Virus record (IMG/VR): IMGVR_UViG_3300020442_002322
Coordinates: 24,808 to 88,807 of that record
DNA from: a virus
Direction: 5' to 3' (one strand)
DNA length: 64,000 bases
The notes beneath the pieces were generated by a model, which was not told the DNA's origin, ran no database searches, and saw nothing but the letters and a program-made list of their open reading frames with translations. Made by a program: the position numbers and the translations under genes. Each line of letters begins with the position of its first letter. The stretch's first letter is position 1. Shown here one piece after another: positions 56,830 through 64,000 of this stretch.

Positions 56830-56910
56830 TAAATACTTGTGTCAGATAGCGAGCCGCGAGGCGGACTTATGCTGTACCCACAGCGTAGCTCATAGAACGG
56901 GCATTGGACT
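56828..56910 (+). promoter_or_regulatory. Late promoter (GATAAATA) and structured 5' leader
   Basis: GCC-GCGA-GGC (56853-56862), TATGCTGT-accc-ACAGCGTA (56868-56887), GCTC/GGGC (56888-56902). Confidence 0.5.
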
Positions 56911-56929
56911 ACTTATATAGGAGAAAAAA

Positions 56930-57379
56930 ATGGGAAGACCACTAAACAAAAGATATTTTGGAACACCTACAGCAGGTGGCCAAGAAATTAAAGTAAACTT
57001 TCACAATGGAACAGCAGTAAAAGAAGGTTACATTGTAAAGCAAAAAGGCTCAAAAAAATTCGTATGTGAAGAAATTGGAACAGCAGGTGAATTTACTTGC
57101 ACACTAAAAACTGGTATTTTACCAGCGGCTTTGAGTGCAGGCGAAATGACAATTTCTGTAAAAGGCGATGATTCAGAAACTTACGGTGTAAGCAAAATTA
57201 CAGGACGTAAAGCAACTGTAGTAGCACCAAGTGCAACTGGGTCAAACGCACTAGACGGAACATCAATTGCTTGGAACTATTCAACTGCAACTAATGACAG
57301 CGCAGTACAAATAGAAGAAGCTGGTGATGATAACACATTATCAGGTACAGACGACGACGACTTTACAGATGATGCATAA
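56930..57379 (+). CDS. Hypothetical late protein (149 aa)
   Basis: MGRPLNKRYFG...GYIVKQKGSKKF; AGGAG RBS, own promoter and terminator. Confidence 0.75.
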   Translation: MGRPLNKRYFGTPTAGGQEIKVNFHNGTAVKEGYIVKQKGSKKFVCEEIGTAGEFTCTLKTGILPAALSAGEMTISVKGDDSETYGVSKITGRKATVVAPSATGSNALDGTSIAWNYSTATNDSAVQIEEAGDDNTLSGTDDDDFTDDA

Positions 57380-57385
57380 AGCATT

Positions 57386-57416
57386 ATTAGGGAGGGTTTA
57401 CGCCCTCCCTAATTTA
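57386..57416 (+). terminator. Stem-loop / probable terminator
   Basis: ATTAGGGAGGG...CCCTCCCTAAT 11-bp stem with a short T tail. Confidence 0.65.
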
Positions 57417-57429
57417 TAGGAATTAATAA

Positions 57430-58383
57430 ATGGCAAGTGTAGTAAGTGTACCAAACGATAATTATATAATTAAAGTCCAACCTGGCGGAACTATTACTTT
57501 GGATACTGGTTCTGGAGCAGGCGAAGTTATTTTTACAGGTAATTATACTGTTGCAGGAACACAAACAAACATCAATTCAGAAGAATTAAATATTGCTGAC
57601 AATATTATAACTGTCAACTCTGGTGAAACTGGAGCAGGCGTTACACTTACTGAGTCTGGTATTAGAATTGATAGAGGTTCAAAAGTTGATGCTACTATGG
57701 TTTTCAACGAAAGTATTTCTTTTACAGATCCAGTTACAGATACACTTGTTCAAGGTGTATTTCAGTTTAAAACAACATCAAATAGTATTATGGGAATTCA
57801 AACAAATTCTATCAATACTAATGGTGGGGACTTAAATTTAATCAATGCAGGAACAGGTGTCATAAGTGTAACAGGTACAAATGATTATGAAGACAACCTT
57901 ACAGACGATGACCATATTCCTAACAAGAAATATGTTGACGATGAAATTGTAACTGCATTGACTAGTACATTCCAAAGACGTATTGAAGAAGGTTCAACAA
58001 ATAAATCTTTTGTTGAAGTGAGAGATGAAGAAGTTTCAGGATCACAGAGTGTAATTAATTTTACATTAGATGCAATAAATGTTGGACAAATTTTTGCTGA
58101 TAGATTTGAATATGGTGATCTTAGAATACAAGATAACATGATTGAAACTACAACATCTGATAGTCCTTTGATACTTTCTTCTCCAGGTACAGCAGGTATT
58201 GAAGTAAGAGACAACATGACACTAACAATTACAACTGACCCTAGTAGTCCAGCAGATGGTATAAAACTATATGCTAAGGCTCCAGCTACTGGCGGTACAG
58301 GATTGTTTTTCAAGACATCAACAGGAGTCGACAACGAAATAATAAGTAGAAAGAATGCTCTTTTATTGAGCATGTTATTCTAA
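57430..58383 (+). CDS. Putative virion structural protein
   Basis: ADNIITVNSGETGAGV...GIRIDRG and IPNKKYVDD fibre-like motifs. Confidence 0.6.
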   Translation: MASVVSVPNDNYIIKVQPGGTITLDTGSGAGEVIFTGNYTVAGTQTNINSEELNIADNIITVNSGETGAGVTLTESGIRIDRGSKVDATMVFNESISFTDPVTDTLVQGVFQFKTTSNSIMGIQTNSINTNGGDLNLINAGTGVISVTGTNDYEDNLTDDDHIPNKKYVDDEIVTALTSTFQRRIEEGSTNKSFVEVRDEEVSGSQSVINFTLDAINVGQIFADRFEYGDLRIQDNMIETTTSDSPLILSSPGTAGIEVRDNMTLTITTDPSSPADGIKLYAKAPATGGTGLFFKTSTGVDNEIISRKNALLLSMLF

Positions 58384-58395
58384 GAAGGAAAAGAA

Positions 58396-58734
58396 ATGGC
58401 AATTGAAAGTACAGCAATTAGTAGCACAGACACAGATTTGCTCGTAGTGCCGGCAGGTAAATCATACGCTGTGCTTACTATCATGATTTGTAATACAGAG
58501 GCACCTAATCCTGTTCATCCGGAACACGGACAAACAAACTTTGATTTACACTTTGTAAAAAGTGGAGCGGCTAAAGCAAACGTGAATATGGTTGTTCGCT
58601 CACTTATTTTACCAGCAGGTGAAACATTTACATTTGACAGTGAAAAGATTGTTTTAGAAACAGGAGATAAGATTGTAGCACTAGGTGAATCACCAACAAA
58701 CTTAGTAGCAACAGTAAGTTATTTGGAAGTATAA
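58396..58734 (+). CDS. Small beta-rich virion protein
   Basis: IMICN...EKIVLETGDKI...ATVSYLEV. Confidence 0.6.
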   Translation: MAIESTAISSTDTDLLVVPAGKSYAVLTIMICNTEAPNPVHPEHGQTNFDLHFVKSGAAKANVNMVVRSLILPAGETFTFDSEKIVLETGDKIVALGESPTNLVATVSYLEV

Positions 58735-58735
58735 T

Positions 58736-59236
58736 ATGAGACTTATAAAAGCACAATCTACTAACATCAGAAATATTAAAGGCAGAGGCGTCAAATACGA
58801 TATCTATGATACTGTGCAATTAGATAGCGAAGTAGGTGCGATTATGCCAACTGGTAGAACAATAGATAGAAGTGACTTTCCTATTAACGGTACATTGCGT
58901 TACAACACAGATACAGAAGCATTTGAAGGATATGCTAATGGCACTTGGAAAGAAATAAGACGTAAAGAAGGTACAAATATAGTACAACAAAATTTAGGAA
59001 ACGGCGATGCAAATGAAGTATTTTTTGGCCCATTAGATAGTGGTGATATAGAAACTCCTATTCCTATTTCGGCACAAAATATCCTAGTTTTTGTTGAAAA
59101 CGTATTTCAAATAGCAACAACTAATTATATATTGGCACAAAATCCAGCAGGCAAAGTACAAGGCTGGTATTTACAGTTTAGTTCAGCACCGGATTTAGGC
59201 AAGCCGGTAACAGTGTTGCACAATTTTGATAAATAA
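58736..59236 (+). CDS. Putative virion structural protein
   Basis: PTGRT..R...GTLRYNTDTEAFEGY..GTW fibre motif; VFVENVFQ...FSSAP module. Confidence 0.6.
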   Translation: MRLIKAQSTNIRNIKGRGVKYDIYDTVQLDSEVGAIMPTGRTIDRSDFPINGTLRYNTDTEAFEGYANGTWKEIRRKEGTNIVQQNLGNGDANEVFFGPLDSGDIETPIPISAQNILVFVENVFQIATTNYILAQNPAGKVQGWYLQFSSAPDLGKPVTVLHNFDK

Positions 59237-59255
59237 ATGTAAGCAGGAGTTATAG

Positions 59256-60212
59256 ATGGCATCACTAAAATCATTACTAGGATCAAAGAACTTTACAGCA
59301 GATGAAGTCAACTTAGAACAGGGCAGAATTTGGTCATATAACAATGGTACCATGTACTCAAGATTATGTAACGGATTTTGCTGGAGAGCTCCAGGCGGCG
59401 GCGAAGCAACTATTGAAATGTGGGGCGCAGGTGGTTCTGGTGCTAGAATGTGTTGTTGCGGTGGAGGTATTCCAGGCAACGCGGCAGGTTATTCAAGACG
59501 TACAATAAGCGTAGCGTCTGATTGCAGAATTTGCGGATCGACAGGTAAATCCTGTGGTAATGCAAGTTCTTTATGTTTCAGAGGCTGTGGTGAAAGCTCA
59601 GGACTATGTTGGTTCTCAACTTCAGGCAACGGTTGTATGTGTGCCCAAGGTGGACGCGGCGGTATTTCAATGTGTTCAACTTCTCCAAGTTTATATTGCT
59701 GTTATCGTGCTCAAGGTTATTGTACAACAAACAGAGGTCCAAACTGTGGACTTGTTTGTAATCAATGTTCAGGCGCATGGAGAGCATGTGGCTACGGCGG
59801 TGACGTAAACTGTTGCGGTTGTATTTCTTGTGCAAGTTTCCTAGGATGTTATCCACAATGTACATGTATGCACTACTATCACGTAGCACTTCCTGCAAAC
59901 ATTATTGCACAGTGCGGAACTATTGTTACATACGCAACAGAGTCAGACAATCCATACTCACGTTGGTCAGGTATGGGACAACACCAGTACATTAACGCAC
60001 TAAACGCGGCAAGTAGAAATCCATCAATTGGTGTTTATCACGGTAGTTGTTGGATGGGTAACAGAGCATGTCAGTGTTACGAGATGCTAGGTTGTCAACA
60101 CCAAGTTCCATACGGATCAGGCGGTCCTGCGGCAAATCCATGTCCAGGTGTTAGAGATCACGGATGGCGCGGCGGCCAAGGTGCTGTTAGAATCAAATAC
60201 ATCGAAAGTTAA
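59256..60212 (+). CDS. Cys/Gly-rich protein (34 Cys in 318 aa), probably virion-associated
   Basis: IEMWGAGGSG...GGQGAVRIKY glycine-rich domain frame; late promoter GATAAATA at 59228. Confidence 0.7.
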   Translation: MASLKSLLGSKNFTADEVNLEQGRIWSYNNGTMYSRLCNGFCWRAPGGGEATIEMWGAGGSGARMCCCGGGIPGNAAGYSRRTISVASDCRICGSTGKSCGNASSLCFRGCGESSGLCWFSTSGNGCMCAQGGRGGISMCSTSPSLYCCYRAQGYCTTNRGPNCGLVCNQCSGAWRACGYGGDVNCCGCISCASFLGCYPQCTCMHYYHVALPANIIAQCGTIVTYATESDNPYSRWSGMGQHQYINALNAASRNPSIGVYHGSCWMGNRACQCYEMLGCQHQVPYGSGGPAANPCPGVRDHGWRGGQGAVRIKYIES

Positions 60213-60255
60213 TACTTAATCTACCGATAAATACTGTGTCGAAAGAGGAAATCGC

Positions 60256-63200
60256 ATGGCACAAGTAGGTCGTATATCTGGTCCGTTACTATTTTCAAAT
60301 CTAGAACGTAATGGAAAAAACATTGATTTTAGAAATCAAACAGCATCTGTACCGACTCTAAAATTAGATGTAAACAACAATTACATAGGTATTAATAAAA
60401 CTGCACCAGCCTTTGCATTAGACATAGGTGGATCTGCTTCTCTTAATTTTGACAATATTATTTTAACTTCTTCAACTCCTGGAAACTTTAGTATATCTAA
60501 TGATGATATAACAGTATTCAGTGGAGATATAAATTTAGTCAATCCAGTAGTTCAATCAGAAAACAGAACACTACAAACAAGAATTACAGGTACAAAGATA
60601 GATACATATGTTTCCAATGCATCTCTAACACTAGATGCAAACGGTACAGGGGCAATAGAATTTTTAACTAACACTAATGTAGACGGAACATTACATACTA
60701 CAGGTGATATAAGTTTAGAAGGAAATGTAATTTTAGGTGATAGTGCCGCAGTAGATAAAGTATCCTTTAATGCAGATGTAGATAGCAGTATTATTCCTGA
60801 TTTACATAATACACATGATTTTGGTAGGACTAATGATAGATTTGATAATTTGTATGCTCATACATTATATAATTCTCAAGTCATTACAAACGCACTAACT
60901 GTCAATAATATAGATGTTACAAAAATTGTAGGAAACATTTTTTGGGTATCTCCTAACGGTGACAATAACAACAAAGGCGACCATCCACAAAGTCCTTGGA
61001 AAACTTTAAGTTACGCATTACAAGCGGCAGATAGTAGTATTGGCGGTCCTGTCACTATACACATAGAAGCAGGCGAATATCAAGAAACATTTCCAATGAC
61101 AGTACCAGAACAGGTATCTGTTTACGGCGAAGATATGCGTAATGTTATTATTAGTCCAACAACAGGAACGGAAAGTGAAAATGCGTTTTTACTTAATGAT
61201 TCAAGCACAATACAGAATATTACAATAAAAAATTTCTATTATGATAGTGTCAATGACAAAGGATATGCATTTGCTTTTGCTCCTAATGCAAGTATTAGTT
61301 CTAGAAGTCCATATGTTTTTAATACAACTGTAATAACAAAAGGACAAATTACTACTTCTAGTGATCCTAGAGGATATGATAGTTTAGATGCAGGTAGAGC
61401 TGTCAAGTGTGATGGAGCGGTAGTTGACACAAACAGTCCGCAAGCAAGTATGTTGTTTTATGGACTTACATGTATTACACCGGGAGTAACATCTGTAATT
61501 GCTACAAATGGCGTAAGAATGGAATGGTTAAACAGTTTTGTTTATTTTGCTAAAGAAGGTATAAGAGTAGAAAACGGAAGTACAGGTAGAATAGGTCCTG
61601 ATGGTAGCACAGTAGATTACGGAGGAGAACTTCGTTGTATTAACAGTGCAAACATTTATGGTGAAAAAGGAATTATTGCAGACGGATCGGATGCACTTGT
61701 TTATATTATAGAACATACATTCAGTTATGCAGGCACAGGCAAACGTTCTGACAATGACACTAGTTTTGTTACTGAAAAATTTGAGACTACAGAATTAAAC
61801 AACGGTAAAATACTTGGCACACACATTGACAAAGACGGTGGATTTAATGTAGGTGATGTGCTATACGTTAACCAAGAAACAGGCGATGTTGAATTCAAAA
61901 GTGTAGACTTTGATTTTTCAGATATTGCCGCATTAACAATTAATACAGACGGCAGTGTGGTTACTATTGACGGAGAAAAAGTACAGACTGATCTAATACG
62001 TTTTAGAAACAATGTTGTTGAGTCAACAGCAGGCCCGTTAAATTTTGCCGCGGCTCCATTAGGGTCTATAAACATTCCTGAAAATGTAACTATCAGTGCA
62101 GACTTAGATGTATCAGGAAACTTAACAATAGGCGGAGCATTAGTACGTTTAGGTGATGCAGATACGGACAGCATTGATTTTAATGCTGAAGTAAACAATA
62201 ATATTATACCAAATTTACACAATACATATAACTTAGGTAGCACTTCTAAATATTGGGGATGGCTATACAGTTCAATATTACAAACTGATAATATTGTATT
62301 AGAAGGAAGCAGAATAAGAACTACAGATAGTGACAGTGACTTAGAACTAACTGCTAGTGGCACAGGCAATGTTGCATTTGGAAAATTTAATCCAGGACAA
62401 ACATTTACTGTAAGCGGAACTTCTACATTTAATAATGATATTAACACTTTGACTACAATGGCAGTTACTGGCGATATAGATATAAACGGTAATGCTAGGT
62501 TTTTTAGCACTGGAACAGATAATTTAAATGCAAATAGTAACGTTAGTTTAGGTGACGTTCACTTCATAGGTAATAGAATAACAACTTTAGATACAAATAG
62601 TGATTTAGAATTTAGACCACACGGAACAGGTTTATTTAGAATCGTTGGTGATTTAGAAATTACTAATAGACTTTTAGCACCGGGTGCAAATTACACATTG
62701 ACTGATGTTACTATGGAAGAAACAAGTGCAGGACACTTAGTTGTACTGCGTGATCTTACAATCCAAGGCATGAGCATCAACGAAAGTGTTAATATTACAG
62801 GTAACGTAATTGAATCAAATGTTACAAATGCAGATTTAGAATTAAGAGCTACTGGTACAGGAAAAGTTATATTCCAAGAAAATTTACAAGTGGATAATGA
62901 TGCTATTGTAAATGGTAATATGGATTTGAATACTGTTAATGTAAACAACTTTGTTGGCGGCACTATTATTACAACAGATCTTAATGTGCCAAGTTTCAAC
63001 ACGCAAGATTTGGAATTTACAGGCAACTTTATTACAACAACAACTACAAATGCAGATTTAGAATTAGGGGTAGACAATCCTAATCCACCAATTATTTCAA
63101 AAGTAACAGGATCCTCAAATTTTGTTCGTGGTGAAGAAATAAACCCAAGAGGTATTACATTCAATAACGACGGAACAAAAATGTTCATAATAGGCACTAC

Positions 63201-64000
63201 TGGAGATGATGTAAATGAATATACACTATCGACAGGTTTTGACTTGTCATCTACAGTTACCTTTGTAGATAGTTACAGTGTTAGTTCAAAAGAAGCCAAT
63301 CCAACGGCAGTAAAGTTTAACACCGATGGCACAAAAATGTTTATTACTGGGGTGGCAAGTAATAATGTTCATGAATATGCACTAACAACTGGCTTTGATG
63401 TTTCAACTGCAAGTTTCACTCAAACACTTGTTACTTCAACTCGTGACAATGATAATTTTGGACTTGATTTTAGTAATGATGGAACTAAAATGTACATCAC
63501 AGGAAATCAAAATGACAAGATTTATCAATACGATTTATCCAGCGCATTTGACATTTCCACAGCAACATTTAATCAGGATTTATATTTAGGTACGTATGAC
63601 ATAGAACCATTTGGTATAGAATTCAGTCCAAATGGTAAGAGATTGTTTATAGTAGGCACACGCGGCAATGGTGTAGATGAATTTAGATTGACCACAGGAT
63701 TTGATATTTCAACAGCAACACACGAAGGATTTTATTTTATAGGCGGAAATCCTTCAGGTATACACATTTCACCTGACGGATTAAAATTTTTTATTGTTGG
63801 TAATGCTCTTGACACAGTACAAGAATATACAACTGATTCACCTTACAGAATTGTTGAAGGTACAACAGGAGTTGTGCGTTTTAACACACAAAGTGAATTT
63901 CAGCAAAATCTTACAACAAATGGTGATACTACTTTTGTAGACGTAACAGCAGATACATTTACAGCAGACAATCTCACAGTAAACAAAAATATTTCTATGC
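60256..64000 (+). CDS. Large fibre-like virion protein (runs off the window end) with a beta-helix-like domain and a beta-propeller insert
   Basis: ATG 60256 after GAGG and late promoter GATAAATA (60226); MAQVGRISGPLL...; WVSPNGDNNNKGDHPQSPWKTL...IHIEAGEYQE..P....VYGEDMR; NADLEL...GTG repeats; FxxDGTKMF repeats. Confidence 0.8.
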   Translation, partial: MAQVGRISGPLLFSNLERNGKNIDFRNQTASVPTLKLDVNNNYIGINKTAPAFALDIGGSASLNFDNIILTSSTPGNFSISNDDITVFSGDINLVNPVVQSENRTLQTRITGTKIDTYVSNASLTLDANGTGAIEFLTNTNVDGTLHTTGDISLEGNVILGDSAAVDKVSFNADVDSSIIPDLHNTHDFGRTNDRFDNLYAHTLYNSQVITNALTVNNIDVTKIVGNIFWVSPNGDNNNKGDHPQSPWKTLSYALQAADSSIGGPVTIHIEAGEYQETFPMTVPEQVSVYGEDMRNVIISPTTGTESENAFLLNDSSTIQNITIKNFYYDSVNDKGYAFAFAPNASISSRSPYVFNTTVITKGQITTSSDPRGYDSLDAGRAVKCDGAVVDTNSPQASMLFYGLTCITPGVTSVIATNGVRMEWLNSFVYFAKEGIRVENGSTGRIGPDGSTVDYGGELRCINSANIYGEKGIIADGSDALVYIIEHTFSYAGTGKRSDNDTSFVTEKFETTELNNGKILGTHIDKDGGFNVGDVLYVNQETGDVEFKSVDFDFSDIAALTINTDGSVVTIDGEKVQTDLIRFRNNVVESTAGPLNFAAAPLGSINIPENVTISADLDVSGNLTIGGALVRLGDADTDSIDFNAEVNNNIIPNLHNTYNLGSTSKYWGWLYSSILQTDNIVLEGSRIRTTDSDSDLELTASGTGNVAFGKFNPGQTFTVSGTSTFNNDINTLTTMAVTGDIDINGNARFFSTGTDNLNANSNVSLGDVHFIGNRITTLDTNSDLEFRPHGTGLFRIVGDLEITNRLLAPGANYTLTDVTMEETSAGHLVVLRDLTIQGMSINESVNITGNVIESNVTNADLELRATGTGKVIFQENLQVDNDAIVNGNMDLNTVNVNNFVGGTIITTDLNVPSFNTQDLEFTGNFITTTTTNADLELGVDNPNPPIISKVTGSSNFVRGEEINPRGITFNNDGTKMFIIGTTGDDVNEYTLSTGFDLSSTVTFVDSYSVSSKEANPTAVKFNTDGTKMFITGVASNNVHEYALTTGFDVSTASFTQTLVTSTRDNDNFGLDFSNDGTKMYITGNQNDKIYQYDLSSAFDISTATFNQDLYLGTYDIEPFGIEFSPNGKRLFIVGTRGNGVDEFRLTTGFDISTATHEGFYFIGGNPSGIHISPDGLKFFIVGNALDTVQEYTTDSPYRIVEGTTGVVRFNTQSEFQQNLTTNGDTTFVDVTADTFTADNLTVNKNISM

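Noticed and set aside
61725-63197. Long minus-strand ORFs (261 and 168 aa) and other antisense ORFs in the track such as 6801-7445, 33912-34445 and 40514-41089
   Set aside because: Antisense shadows of real genes caused by codon bias
1-64000. tRNA genes, integrase/transposase, reverse transcriptase/DGR, alternative genetic code
   Set aside because: None recognised by eye; long ORFs are intact in the standard code and all three stop codons are used

Overview
AT-rich (roughly 33-36% GC by eye) segment of a large T4-like (myovirus) phage genome, probably aquatic. From left to right: (i) a minus-strand tail-fibre/baseplate module (0-35.6 kb) with a 4938-aa giant protein, gp6-, gp25-, PAAR-, gp5(GH19)-, gp53- and tube-initiator-like genes; (ii) a plus-strand gp55-like late sigma factor, gp47/gp46 (Mre11/Rad50-like) and a small GIY-YIG nuclease followed by a roughly 350-420 nt highly structured, pseudoknotted intergenic element; (iii) putative internal proteins, a gp26-like tail chaperone with a clear -1 ribosomal frameshift signal, a tape-measure-like gene, portal, core, protease, scaffold and major capsid genes; (iv) an accessory island after the capsid gene with SAM decarboxylase, a glnA-type glutamine riboswitch controlling a 50-aa basic peptide, a roughly 220-250 nt unclassified pseudoknotted RNA with its own promoter and terminator, a BtuB-like TonB-dependent receptor and an S-component-like membrane protein; (v) further virion genes, including a Cys-rich protein and a long fibre running off the window. 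Both sigma70-type (TTGAC-17-TAnnnT) and T4-late-type (nnTAAATA) promoters are visible. All family assignments come from motif recognition only; no searches or folding programs were run.
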